Of a DNA stretch of 64,000 nucleotides, positions 50,760 through 64,000 are shown piece after piece (position 1 is the first letter of the stretch; every line of letters starts with the position of its first letter). The stretch lies in contig NC_086097.1 of the NCBI RefSeq assembly GCF_963921235.1, positions 178,004,001-178,068,000 of the forward strand, given 5' to 3'. Source of the DNA: Mobula hypostoma (taxonomy: Eukaryota). Under the pieces are notes generated by a model that did not search any database, was not told the DNA's origin, and saw only the letters and a list, made by a program, of their open reading frames with translations. The position numbers were made by a program, and so were the translations under genes.

Positions 50760-53260
50760 ACATAAATGGCAGAGTAGGTTGGAGATGTGGAATTTTTGTA
50801 GGTAGAATTAAGGGTAAAAAGAACCTGATGGGAGTTATATACAGACCTCCGAACAGTAGCCAGGATATGGGATACAAAATATAATGAGGGATAGAAAAGG
50901 CACGTAAAAAGGGCAATGTTATGATAGTCGTGGGGAATTACAAATGCAGGTAGATGAGAAAAATCAGGTTGATGCCTACGAGATGGCTTTTTAGAGCAGT
51001 CTGTAGTTGAGCCCACTAGGGGAAAGGCAATTCTGGATTGGGTGTTGTATAATGAACCAGATTTGATTAGTGAGCTTAAGATAAAGCAACCCTTAGGAGG
51101 CAGTGATCATAATATGATGGAATTCACCCTGCAATCTGAGAGGGAGAAGATAAAGTCAAGTGTACCAGTATAACAGTGGAGTCAAGGGAACTACAGAGGC
51201 ATGAGAGGGGAGCTGGCCAAAGTTGATTAGAAGGGGACACGGACAGGGATGACAGCAAAATGGCAATGGCTGGAGTTTCTGAGTGAAATTCAGAAGGCAC
51301 AGGATAGATACATCCCTATGATGAGAAAAATTTTTTTAGAGGCAGCATGGCATAACCGTGGCTGACAAGGGAAGTCAGAGACAGCATAAAAGCAAAAGAG
51401 AGGGCATATAATATAGCAAAACAGAAGACAATAAAAAAGCCACAAGGAGAGAAAAGGTGAAATACAAAGTTAAGCTAGCCAATAATATAAAAGAGGATAC
51501 CAAAAGTTTTTTTTTAGATAATATAAAGAGTAAAATGACCATTTGATTGCTCTGGTCCTGTACTTGCTGGAATTTAGAAGAATTAAGGTTCCACACGGTA
51601 GGCTTATTCAGAAAGTTAGAAGGCATGGGATCCAGGGAAGTTTGGCCAGGTGGATTCAGAATTGGCTTACCTACAGAAGGCAGAGGGTGGTGGTGGAGGG
51701 AGTACATTCAGATTGGAGGGTTGTGACCAGTGGTGTCCCACAAGGATCTGTTCTGGGACCTCTACTTTTCGTGATTTTTATTAACGACCTGGATGTGGGG
51801 GTAGAGGGGTGGGTTGGCAAGTTTGCAGACGACACAAAGTTTGGTAGTGTTGTAGATAGTGTAGAGGATTGTCAAAGATTGCAGAGAGACATTGATAGGA
51901 TGCAGAAGTGGGCTGAGAAGTGGCAGATGGAGTTCAACCCGGAGAAGTGTGAGGTGGTACACTTTGGAAGGACAAACTCCAAGGCAGAGTACAAAGTAAA
52001 TGGCAAGATACTTGGTAGTGTGGAGGAGCAAAGGGATCTCGGGGTACATGTCCACAGATCCCTGAAAGTTGCCTCACAGGTGGATAGGGTAGTTAAGAAA
52101 GCTTATGGGGTGTTAGCTTTCATAAGTCGAGGGACAGAGTTTAAGAGTCGTGATGTAATGATGCAGCTCTATAAAACTCTGGTTAGGCCACACTTGGAGT
52201 ACTGTGTCCAGTTCTGGTCGCCTCACTATAGGAAGGATGTGGAAGCATTGGAAAGGGTACAGAGGAGATTTACCAGGATGCTGCCTGGTTTAGAGAGTAT
52301 GCATTATGATCAGAGATTAAGGGAGCTAGGGCTTTACTCTTTGGAGAGAAGGAGGATGAGAGGAGACATGATAGAGGTATACAAGATATTAAGAGGAATA
52401 GATAGAGTGGATAGCCAGCGCCTCTTCCCCAGGGCACCACTGCTCAATACAAGAGGACATAGCTTTAAGGTAAGGGGTGGGAAGTTCAAGGGGGATATTA
52501 GAAGAAGGTTTTTTACTCAGTGAGTGGTTGGTGCATGGAATGCACTGCCTGAGTCAGTGGTGGAGACAGATACACTAGTGAAGTTTAAGAGACTGCTAGA
52601 CAGGTATATGGAGGAATTTAAGGTGGGGGCTTATATGGGAGGCAGGGTTTGAGGGTTGGCACAACATTGTGGGCTGAAGGGCCTGTACTATGCTGTACTG
52701 TTCTATGTTCTGAAGTTATCACTAAAACTTATCAAATATTTAAAGGCCTAAATAGAATGGATGTGGTGAGGATGTTTCTGACAGAGTCTAGGAACAGAGG
52801 GCACAGCCTCAGTATAAGGGACGACCACTTAAAACAGAGAGGAGGAGGAATTTCTTTAAAAACAAGAGAAAATCTGCAAATTAGATTAGATTATGAGGAC
52901 ACTCAAATGCTGGAAATCAAAGTAATACACACAAAATGTTGGAGGAACCTAGCAAGCCAGGCTGCATTTATGGAAAAGAGTAAGCAGTTGACATTTCAGG
53001 CTGAAACCTTTCATCAGGAATTTCTTTAGCCAGAGGATAATGAATCTGTGGAATTCATTGCCAACACCAGTTGTGGAGGCCAAGTCATTGGGTACAATTA
53101 AATCGGAGGTTGATAGATTTTTAATTAGTCAGGACATCAAAGGTTACAGGGAGAAGGCAGAGGAATGGAGTTGAGAGGGATAATAAATCGGCCATGATGG
53201 CATATGGAGCAGACTAGATGGGCTGAATGGCCTAAGCTGGCTCCTACATCTTATGGTCAT
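50760..53260 (+). mobile_element. Stacked CR1 pieces, including a young 5'-truncated copy (~51586-52712) with an open RT C-terminal frame
   Basis: ORF 51543-52523 is uninterrupted from KVPHGRL through QGSVLGP, KFADD and RPHLEYCVQFW to FFTQ; tail tactgttctatgttct. Confidence 0.92.
52859..53015 (-). mobile_element. Solo PLE terminal repeat with hammerhead motif, inserted in CR1
   Basis: On -: CTGATGAaaggtttcagcctGAAATGTC; 13-bp TSD aggaatttcttta at 52846-52858 and 53016-53028. Confidence 0.8.
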
Positions 53261-53264
53261 ATAA

Positions 53265-53880
53265 TTGATCCGCAGTTTAGACAATTTAAATGCTGGCCCA
53301 GATAGACCGAAAAAGCAGGATGTTGAGAGTTGGGCAAGGTTGGATCAATCTGGGCACCAAGCCGATTTGGAGAGGTCAAGAACTACTTGTTTGGCAGTGA
53401 AATCTAGGCCCGGAGTGAGTTGCCAAGGCAGAGTCCAGACCCTAATGTGAGGTTCGATCCGCTGTTCGGACAATTTAAAACACTGGCCCAGATAGTCTGG
53501 GGGCTCCTCTCTCCGCGACGCTAAGGCTGTGAGACTGCCCCTGGCTGTTGTGCTTCGTGTCTGCGAACTCTGCAGCAATTTGCCCTGCTAATATGATGAA
53601 CTGAATACCGAGGCTTTGGGCCTAGTCTGGGCTGTTCTGGGGATTTGGATCTAAGGACTCAATTTAGTTCATAATGGTGGTGTTGTTGCTGCTCGCTTCT
53701 ATTGCTTGGATGATTTGTGTTTATTTTTATTTCTTTCCTATGTGCAGGGAGGGTTGGGGATTGGTCTTTATTTTTCTTTTAACTGGGTTCTTTCGAGCTT
53801 CTTGCTTTGTGGTTGTCTGTAAGCAAATAAATGAAGGTTGTACAATTTATACATTCTTTAATAAATGTACTTTGAATCTT
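53265..53880 (+). mobile_element. Non-coding retroelement-like repeat with an internal ~190-bp-period duplication
   Basis: gatccgc.gtt..gacaatttaaa..ctggcccagatag at ~53267 and ~53456; ends aataaatgtactttgaatctt. Confidence 0.5.
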
Positions 53881-54339
53881 CCAGCTCCTAATTTCTATTT
53901 ATGTTAAAACTACATTCAACATTTTGTTTATCAATAATAAAAAATCAAAAAGTGGAATAAATGAAAGCATTACCTCAATTCTGAGAACATGCTAGAAATA
54001 GGATCACTGATCTATCTTCATCTACCCAGTGCGAATTGGCAAAAGAACATGGAATACAGGCTAACAAACAATAGAAGTCTAGCCACATCACAACGTTATC
54101 ATACAATATCCATCATGGACTATTCTTGCTGGGCTTATTCAATTAGATAAATATTTCAGACAAGGAATAAGAATGTCTTTGTAGGAAACCTATCCTTTGG
54201 GCAAACTGGAATCCATTAGCAACAAAAAGTTGGATGTTCTCAGTTACCTAGAAATCCAACTTCACAGTCTCACCATCTACACCCAAAGGGAATCAACAGC
54301 CACTTACAGAAAATTATGAAAAACACAGATAAGGTAGAC

Positions 54340-57300
54340 TGCTCAGGGTAGGGGAGTCCAAAACCAGGGGGATTAAATTTAGCTTGACAGGGGAAAGATT
54401 TAAAAGGGACCTGAGGGGCAATTTTTTTCAAGCAGAGGATGTTGCACATATGGAACAAGCTGCTAAAAGAAGCGGTTCAGGCAGGAGTAATAGCATAATT
54501 TAAAAAGCATTTGAACAGATACACGAGGGGGGCTTAAAGGGATATCGATGCAGCAAATTGGACTAACTAGATGGGGACTGTGGTTGACATGGAACTGTTG
54601 GGCTGAAGGGCCTGCATTTGTGCTGTATTGCTCTACAACTCTATAGGAGATGCAAGCCAATGTTCAATGAACTTTAAACTTTAAAATGGTTTTTCATGTA
54701 ATGTCAAGTTCCAGTAATTTTCCATACCGCTATTTGGAAATTCCACACTCCTGGCTTCATTAGAGAATTTATTATATTACTGTGTAGCATCTTACAAAAG
54801 TAAATTATAAGTGTGTTGAGGTATTAATAGGAACAACACCCAATAGTGCAGATAATCTGCTGTCTGGTATGCAGGCTATTGGAGTTTTTACCATAACAGG
54901 AGATTTTAACCCTTTGGATCAATAATCAGTTTGCATTAGAACAATCTCAATCATTCCTCTGCAAATAATTCTCCCTCAAGTGAACCTTACAAAGCACAAG
55001 AAAGGAAATCTAATCGGGTGCTTTAATTACTTACATCTTTCTGCATTTCACCTGAACCAAAGGTCCTAATTTTTACCAAGTTTGTCCTTGCACCTCTGTA
55101 GTCATTGTCCTTAAAAACATCATTTCAATAAAATAGAGAAGCATAAGTTGTTAAACTGTACAAGGATTAAACAACACTAGAAATTACTATGTTCAGGCCA
55201 GTGTCTAATCCCAAAGTACTACTTCTAAAGTGCAGTCATCACCCAAATGCTGGAAACAGAAGATCCCAATTTGTGTATGGAAAGCTCCCACAAACAGCCA
55301 CATGACAACAGCTTGTTTCAGTAACATAGGCCAATCCACATTGAACAGTACAGCAAGGGCATGCCATTCAACACACAATATTTTGTTGATTGAATGCCTA
55401 TTTATACTAAATGTCTTCCCTTTTCGGATTATCTATATTCTTCCATTTTCTTCATATTCATGCGTCAACCTAAAAGCTTCATACTCCACCAAACTGCTCC
55501 CACCATTATGCCTAATCCAATCCAGGCACCTAGTACTCTATGAAAAAGACTTGCCCCTCACATCACCTTCATACTTTCCCTCTCTAGCCTTAAAAGCATG
55601 TTCTCTGGTGTTTGACATTTCTCCCCAGGGAAAAGATTCTGAGCATCTGGCCTATCTACATCTTTATGATTTTAAAACCTCTATCAGGTCTTCCATTAGC
55701 CTCCAATGTCCTTTTGGAGAACAACTCAAGTTTGTCCAAGCTCTCCTTACAGCTCACATCCTCTAATTCAGGCAGCATCCCAGTAAACCTCTTCTGCCCC
55801 TTCCCACAGCTTCCACCAGCTTACTGTAATGGGGTGACAAGAACTGCACACAATACTCTTAGTGCAGTCTGACTAAAAAGGCAGCACGACTTCCTTTTCT
55901 TACACTTAAAGGAGCCACAAAGGTATCAGTATCCAAGTGTTAAGGAACCACCCTGAATAACTCTCTCTTCACTTCCAATGTTTAAAATCTAGCTTGCTGC
56001 CCGCTCAATGAATAACGTGTTGATCTTCTTCCTGTACCTACTTGGTAACACCTTGTCCAAAAAAACTTCCTTCAAGTCAATTTTCACCACATCTACAAAG
56101 TTTCTCTCAGCCATCACCTCATAAGGTAACATTATTTGGATTGGACAATAGATGCCTGCATTGCCTGACATTTGCACATTCCATGAAGAAAAATCGACAA
56201 GTCCCATCTTCTTTCCAAATCATGTCATGGGATCTTTGAAGTCAAACAGCGACATTGACTGTGTTATTAGCTTAACTATTCACACAATGATACTTCACTG
56301 ACTACAACTCTGAACTGATTCTATGAATTACAGGCTCATTTTCAAGGACTCTTTTACAACTTAATACTCTCAGTCTTTTTTTAATTGCACAATTTGTCTT
56401 CTTTTGTACCTTGGCTGTTTTCAGTCTTTATGTACGATTATTTGTACATTTTATTGTATTTCTTTATTTTTTTCTGTACATGCCTGCAAGAGGATGAATC
56501 TCAAGATAGCATATGGCAACAGATACATAGTTTGATAATATATTTACTTTGAACTTGGAGCTAACAAAATTGTGAGCAGCTCAAAAATAACTCTGGAGAT
56601 GAACTTTGTAAATCTGCTTCTTGAATCCTTCAAATTTGGTACTTGAATCATCTACTTAGAGATTATTATATTGTAATATGAATAGCTTTTCTAAATAAAA
56701 TAACAATCACAACTTCTATATTAGGATGAGAAATGGTAAGGGGCTGAATCACCCTTGTACTCTTAAACAGCAGAACCTTGAAACATACATTCCAAAACAG
56801 ATTTCCTTGAGTGTTTAAAACATTTCAGGATTTACAGGATGACAAATAACAGGAGCTCTACCAATTGAGTTTTTAAGTCAACATTAAAGTAACTGCAATC
56901 TAAGTTTTCCAGTGCAAATGTCCTCTATTAAAGTATATTACATGAATGACAAATAATCAGCAAAGCTGCAAATATAATTCCCAAAATTACTGAAAACATC
57001 AACATTCTGAAACAGAATAACTTGAAAATTTTACAGATTGATCCATTTCAAAACATAACGGTAAGCAATGATGCTGTGACATAGCTAGCAACAACACAAA
57101 TTCTACACCTGTGGGAACCCACACTTAACAACAACCGCCTCTGCTAGATTGCCCAAGCAAATACTCTAGGCCCATCCTACAAATCAAAATGGAGTGAAAA
57201 CAAAACAGTAATTCAGTCAGCAGAACCACACACCTATCTATCCAAGGTCAGATGCTTTATTTCCTGGCTGCTTAATTAAAATGGTTGCTCATTCCTCCCA

Positions 57301-60300
57301 CCTCCCCAAACTCCAATAAATCACCAGAAACCAGTGAGCAGGTGAAGACACAAGAGATGGTAGCTGCTGGAATTTTGGTTAGGAAGACAGCATTGCTGTG
57401 GCAGAACAGTCTCTTCACTCTTTTTTCAACTTTACTAAAGGACACTGTGGAGGCCCAGTTGAACAATTCTTCAGCATAGAACACAGTACAGGAAGAGGCC
57501 CTTAGGCTTATCATGTTTGTACTGAACACAGTACTGAATTAATCTAAACTTTTGCCTGCACATGACTCATATCCCTCCACTCTCTGTCTGTATTCATGTG
57601 TCTATCCAAAAGCCTCAAATGCCACTATCATATCTGTATCCATCACCATTCCTGGCAGCATGCTCGAGGTACTTGCCCATTTCCTTTCAACTTAATCCCT
57701 ATCTTACATGCATGCTCACTAGTACTTGACATTTCTACCACTAGATAAAGATTCCGACTGTCTGCCCTATATGCCTCAATTTCATAAATGTATGAGGTTG
57801 ACCTTCAGTCTCTTTGACACTCGAGAGAGATATGTCTTAATTTTCTTTTATAGCTTAGATCTTCTAATCCAGAACAGCATTCTGGTAAACCTGTTCAGCA
57901 CCCATTCCAAAGCCTTCACACCCTTCCAGTAATGGGTGACCAGTACCACACGTAGAACTCCAAGTGCAGTCTAACAAAGGTTTTATTTCGTTTAAAACAG
58001 AGTTTTACAGACACATTTTAGGAGAGCAACAGTTTGCAGCTGATGAGTTAAATATCCCTAAACCTTACCCCAAGTTTGCCAATGTGTGGCCAGGTACAAC
58101 CGATCAATAAAAAGCACACAATAGGAGTTAAAATCTTGGCTGTGCTTTCTGTGTCTTTTTCTCACCAATGTTGCCAATTAAAACAGCCCTCTCTATAAAT
58201 GCAGGTTTCAATTATCTTTTCAACTGGTTAGCTTCACTGTCATGTAAATTGATAGATCTGTAAAATTGAAATAACAAGAACTTCAAAAACTAGCTGACAA
58301 AGTCAAGGGAGCTGACAGCACAAGGAGCACTTTGAACACATGATGAAAAAAAAGGACAAATTGAAGCCTCTGTGGGTCAACCTCAATTTTACATCTATCT
58401 TATCAAATTTTGAGATAATTGCTTAGAAGGAACATGGGAATAGGAGGACGTTCAGCCCCTTGAGCTTGTTCTGCCAATTAGATCTCAGCAGATATGTTAC
58501 TCAAACTTTGTATCTATTAATAACCCAATAAAATAGACCATAGTACCAAGTTGTCTCAAACTCCATTCACAACTGGTTAGTGGGAAATTCAAGCCTTCAA
58601 TTCCCTTAGGGAATGCATTGCCCAATTTCACATGGGAATTGTAGATAATATTCCCAGTTGATGATCCCCAGAGAAAGCAACTTAATCCTATTTGAAAATT
58701 CTTACATCAATTAATCATGTAAATTCCAATACCAGTCATCAAGCTTAGGTAATCTGTCAAGTTAGACTTTAAAAATGAACACACACTATGTTGACTTTCA
58801 GTCAGTATTCCTTAATTTTCAAGGGGAATATCATGAACCTTAATTATTTGAAATGAATCACTTCCCATATTTTGAGTGCTATCTTGCTGAAAGGCGTTCA
58901 AGTGAAATTCACCATCATGTCCTTCGGTCAATTAAGAAAATGGGAGTTTGAAAATCAAGATCCCAAACCTGGCACAAAACTCAGTCTCTGGAACAACAGT
59001 AAGTACAAATGAGACCTGGATACGCATGGCAGGTACTTCAATGCACTGAAGAAAATATGAACAAAGATCTCATTGGAAAGACAGGCTAACATCATAGGCA
59101 TCAAGACCGTACTTCAACTCTATTATCAGAATGGTCAGGCTGTGTTATTTACATGCTCAAAGGCAAACTACCAAATTATATCTGAGATGTCAGGGGAAGA
59201 GACTACCAGGCAGACAGAGAAAAGGATTCAAAGATTTTCTCAAAGCCTTCCTGGAAAACATTCTGAGTTGCAATATTCATGACAACTCTTGATAACTGGA
59301 GACACAAGGAAATGCAAGTAATGCAATCTGGCAAGAGGAAAAAAGGAAAATGCTGGAGGAGCTCAGCAAATCAGGCAGCATCTGCTGAGGAACAGAGATA
59401 GCTGATGACTCAGGTCAAGGTCTTCTGGGAATTCTTTTTGCCCATAATTGTGCCAAGTGAAGACTGAGCATCTGGAATGGTATTGAGAACTTTGTTTCTT
59501 TTGGCTTCTGCACCAGGGAACACATAGAAGTCGTACATAAACAAGTGCACCTCCTGCCCCATATCATCCTCGATCCTGATAGGCTTCACACAGTTCAGCA
59601 ACAACTGAGGCACCAATTTGCATTCTGAGATAAGAGGCGTCAGTCCTCATCTTAGAATCATCCAATAATACAGCATAGAAATATGTTCTTTTGCCCAACT
59701 GATAATACTAACCACAGCATTCTCCCTGCTAGTCCCACTTATCCGTGTTCTACCCATAACTCTCCAAGTCCTCCCCCTCTATCTAACTATTCAATTGTCT
59801 TTTAGATATTGCAATTGTACCCACTTTGACCACTTCCACTGACAGCTTGTTTCAGGTACTCATTACACTCTGTGTAAAGTTGCCTCTCAAGTCCCTTAAA
59901 TCTCTTCCCTCACAATTTTATCTGTGCAAAAGCCCAGAAAAGCAAACAAGTTTGATCACACTGTCGCTGGTATTGGAGCCTTAGCTGCTGAAAACACTTC
60001 AGTTTAGGAAGCTGAATATCTTTCTGCCATCTTTAAAACCACCTTCCCAAGCAAGCTTTTAGTCATCTTTCTCCCAATGTCATACCATGCCCTTGAACAC
60101 TCATGCAAAATGTCTTAGGATAATTTTCTATATTAAGGCATAATACAAAAGCAAACAGACTACAATATTAGAACAGACAATAAAGGGGAACATCAGGAAA
60201 ACTTCTTCAATTAAAGAGCTGCGAGTGTGGAACGAACCGTCAGCATAAGTGGTGCATGTGAGCTCAATTTCAATGTTCAAGATGCTTGGATAGGTCCATG

Positions 60301-62370
60301 GATAGGGGTATGGATGGCTATAGTGCACGGTGCAGGCCAATAGAACTAAGCAGTTTAAATGGTTTGGCAAGGACTAGATGGGCCAAAGGGCCTATTTCTG
60401 TGCTTTACTTTTCTATGACTCCATGACTCTAAAGCATAGGTACATGCCCTTTGGCCCATGACATTGTGCCAAACTACATTTGTAATTAAATTACTGATCA
60501 AATGCCCACTAAGCTAATCCTTTCTGTCTACACAATCTCCATAACCTATTTCCTGTACATTCATGTGTCTATCTCAGAACCTCTTGAATGCCTCCATCAT
60601 ACTTGCCTCCACCATCACCCTTTGGTAGTGCATTCCAGGCACCCATCACTCTGTGTGTAAGAATACTTGCCCAGTACATCTCCTTTGAACTTACTCCCTC
60701 TCACCTCAAAAGCACACTCTCTGGTATCATGCAACATTGTTACACTATTAGTCAACTCAATTTTAGGAATGTTATCAAGCAATCTCTAACAAAATAAAGT
60801 GGATGAAGAGTGTACCAAGTGTGAAATGGGATAGTTATTGCTCAGAAGGCTGTCACTTCAGTTCATCCCATGAGAGCTTTCTGTAGGTAGAAACTATTTC
60901 ATCCTATTTCCTCATAGCATTGATGTTAACATGTTTAGGGAACCATTTATAGAACACAAACTGACAGAAGTTTCACATTTGATGATAAAATGAAAGAGGA
61001 CTGCAGCAATGATAAATGATACTCAATTGCAGTGAGTGAATACAACCAAAGCACACTGCACTGTCAATTTTCTAAACCAAGCCCTTCACTAACACAGTCC
61101 TGTTCAATGTCTGTAAACCATTTCTTTTGTTGGCATGACAGCAAGCTACAAAAGAGTTAAGGCAAGGTTACTGGCACATCAACATTGTCTATATAACAGA
61201 TCTGTGTTAAGGAGCAGACAAGAGGACTAACAGAGATACATTTGAAGGGAGGCTAAACACAAAGGACAGAGAATTTGGATAGGTGGATAGGAATGGATAA
61301 AGATAGCCTAACACTATTTATTAGTATTATTACATTGAGTGAATTCACAATGTGGCCACCACTGGCAATACAAGGATATACTATACATCCTGGTTGACCT
61401 TTGATCTGAGGCAGCATTTGAAAATTGGCCGCATTTCTAGTTTTTGAATCAAAGGCAAGAAAACCAGATTTTTTTTTTTAATGACAATGCAGGAATTCCC
61501 CCTTTACCAATAGAAAAATCAGTCAAATCCTTACAGTACAGAATTGGCTTTTCCGTTAACAACTAAAAATAGGTGTGTTCAAGGTCATGAAAAATTACAT
61601 GGGAACCTTGATCAGCTGGGTATGTGGGCTGAGGATTGGCAACTGGTTTTCAATCCAGATAAATGTAAAGTATTGTACTTTGGAAGATCAAACTAGGGTA
61701 ACCTTGAAGTGCACATGCATAGCTTATTGAAAGTGTTGTCACAGGTAGATAGGGTGGTGAGGAAGGCGTTTGGCATGCTAGCCTTCATCAGTCAAGGCAC
61801 TGAATATAGGAGCGAGGAAGTTATGTTGCAGTCACACAAGATGTTGCTGAAGCTGCACGTAGACTATTGTGTAGAGTTTTGGTCACCCTGCTATAGGAAA
61901 AATGTAGTAAATTAGAAAGAGTCCAGACAACATATTCCAGGATATTGCTTGGACTCAGAGGTCTGAATTACAAGAAGAGTATGCAGTCTAGGACTTTATT
62001 GCCTTGAATGTAGATTGAGTGGTGACCTGATAGAGATATACAAGATCATGAGAGGCATAAACAGGGTGAAAGCAGACAGACTTTTTCCCACAGGGATGGA
62101 ACAGGAACACAAGGACTTTTACAAAGGCATGGAATTTTTAAAAAAGGACATCAGGGCAGCTTCACTCAAAGGGGGATGCGTATTTGGAATAATCTACCAA
62201 AATCAGTGACTCAAGTGGGCACATTAACACATTTAAAAGCCACCTAGGCGAGTATGTGGATAAGAGAGGTTTAGAGGGTTTTGAGTCAAATAGGCAGATG
62301 GGACTACCTCACTTGGCAACACAGTTGGCATGGACAAGTTGGGCTAGACTCTGCTTCCAAGATGTACGAA
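54340..62370. mobile_element. Scattered old CR1 3' fragments (54340-54640 +, 55330-55880 -, 55990-56130 -, 57480-57990 -, 59670-59930 -, 60170-60730 both, 61600-62370 +)
   Basis: Recurrent CR1 tail and RT motifs, e.g. QVDRVVRKAFGMLAFI, YCVEFWSP, GDLIEIYKIM and VDVVKIDL..DKV. Confidence 0.75.
58970..59660 (+). mobile_element. Old RTE-clade LINE 3' remnant interrupted by a PLE repeat (~59300-59425)
   Basis: GKRLPGRQRKGFKDFLKAFL and ..SIWNGIENF resemble the RTE ORF C-terminus (G.R..G...KR.KD.LK..L). Confidence 0.55.
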
Positions 62371-63329
62371 TTTATATTAATCCTATTTGCCTACATTGGA
62401 CCACAAGACCATAAGATATAGGACATTAGGTGTGTTACTTCCCACTGCTTGGCTATTCAAGGGATTGTCCAGATGCCTTAGGTGGTAGAAATTATGAATG
62501 TACTCTCCTCTATCATCACCTTTGGCAGTAGATTCCAGATATCAACTACTGCTCAAGAATTCTTTTAAAGAAAAGTCTTAGCGTTTGAATTGAAAATTCT
62601 TCTCTGTTCATGGCGGGAATCAAACCTTTACCTTTTGACAAACTCGAGTAGAAACAAAAATTATAGTGCATAGTAAACCTCGTCCTATAAATACAATCTA
62701 ATAGATTTTATTACCATGTTACGGGTGAGTGAAACATATACGTCCCACAAGGAGGCAAAGAACAAAGGAGTCAAATACTTAAGATTTTTTTTTCGTTAAT
62801 GTTCACCTATTGGTTATTAAGTACATGGTATCACCAAGCTCTGATTGCTTGTAATTTTATTAAAAAAATGTTATTACACTGCAGGGGAAGCTGCAGTAAT
62901 TTATTCCTATTGAACATCAAAGGTAGTACTATCTAGTGGAATGTATCCTTGATCGCTGTATCATAGCTTGAAATAACGAAACAGGCAGCTGGATATTTGA
63001 GTCAATCTTAAAATATTGAGAGAGTTATCAGTGTCAAGTTATGTGCAGTTAAATTGCTGTTCTGGAAAACCATCAAGGAATTTAATCATTAAAAAGATGA
63101 GCACTAGTTATGAATGCTGGATGGAAATGATCCATAAATGCAGTCAGTAATTCTCCATCTTAATGGGATGGAATTAAGGACTTATGAAATACTAAAATGG
63201 GCTAGATGAAACAGCATCTGGTTGGTCAAAGTATGATTCCAATATATTTTGTAACGCAACATCTATAAACCAAGTATAATTGCCAAGAAGAATGGAAAGC
63301 AATTTAAATTAAAATGGCTGCTATAATTC

Positions 63330-63665
63330 CATTCTTTCTACGGCCCATTGTCCTGTATCAGATTTTTTTTCCTTCAGCCCTTTACCTTATCTACCCATCC
63401 CCTCCCAGCTTCTCACATTAGTCCCACCCACCATCCCCCCTCATCTGGTCTCACCTTTCACCTGCCAACTGTACTCCTCACCCCTCCCTCTCCCCCCATC
63501 ATCTTATTCTGTCTTCTGCCCCCTTCCTTTCCAGTCCTGATGACAGGTCTCAGCCAGAAATGTTGACTATTTATTCCCTCCATAGATACTGCCTGACCTG
63601 CTGAGTTCCTCCAGCATTTTATTTGTTGTTCAGAATTTCCAGCATCTGAGGAATCTCTTGCAGAT
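63330..63665 (+). mobile_element. PLE terminal repeat with hammerhead motif at 63533-63568; another copy begins on - at ~63935
   Basis: AGTC-CTGATGA-caggtctcagcca-GAAATGTT-GACT, followed by gatactgcctgacctgctgagttcctccagca. Confidence 0.75.
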
Positions 63666-64000
63666 TAATTAAAATGATTATGGTGTCAATTTACATTTAT
63701 ACTATCCATGCATCAATCATAGGCAAATGAAGTAAATAATATCACCTCTGTGCAGAATCACCACATTTAGTGTGAAAGAATTAAAGGCAACACGTCCAGA
63801 GTCCATTTCAAAATGGCTACATTTGTAATTTTATTTTAATGGTTCATATTTTATACCTCTTTTCTTTCAGCATATTAAATCAGAAGTGTGCCAAGCTCCA
63901 GCAACAAATCAAATTGGAATCAATCATGATATGTTGGAGCAACACACACACAAAATGCTGGAAGAACTTAGCAGATCAGGTTGTATCTATGGAGGAAAAT

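Noticed and set aside
59410..59616. 68-aa minus-strand ORF as a candidate host exon
   Set aside because: No TAF4 similarity; the opposite strand fits an RTE LINE 3' end.
35438..64000. Penultimate TAF4-family exon (expected RQRDANLTALAAIGPRKKRK-like)
   Set aside because: Not found by eye; the last intron probably exceeds 28 kb. A tBLASTn search would settle this.
1..64000. CRISPR arrays, rRNA or tRNA genes, prokaryotic defence systems
   Set aside because: Eukaryotic repeat-rich DNA with no regularly spaced repeats; tRNA-like sequence is limited to SINE heads and the Gypsy PBS.

Overview
Vertebrate nuclear DNA, very probably a cartilaginous fish (ray or shark), inferred from the dense CR1, V-SINE, Penelope and Rex1 repeats. 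Two host genes converge here, and the ORF track misses both coding exons. The first is the last coding exon of KCTD1 (or a KCTD1-like gene) on + at 364-522. The second is the last coding exon of a TAF4-family gene on - at 35279-35437, probably TAF4B by synteny, with a ~3.2 kb repeat-poor 3' UTR; its next exon was not found in the window. Most of the remainder is transposon-derived: two near-full-length CR1 LINEs plus many fragments; a Gypsy LTR element with both LTRs, a tRNA-Trp PBS and a 4-bp target-site duplication (TSD); a Chapaev3 (Transib/RAG1-related) DNA transposon carrying a nested Tc1; hAT remnants and an 80-bp MITE; and Rex1/Babar, RTE and V-SINE pieces. The most notable signal is a family of Penelope-like element (PLE) terminal repeats carrying minimal hammerhead ribozyme motifs. 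They occur as short stand-alone TSD-flanked insertions, as inverted pairs, and as a replacement of part of the Gypsy pol gene. All family assignments are from recalled motifs, not database searches.
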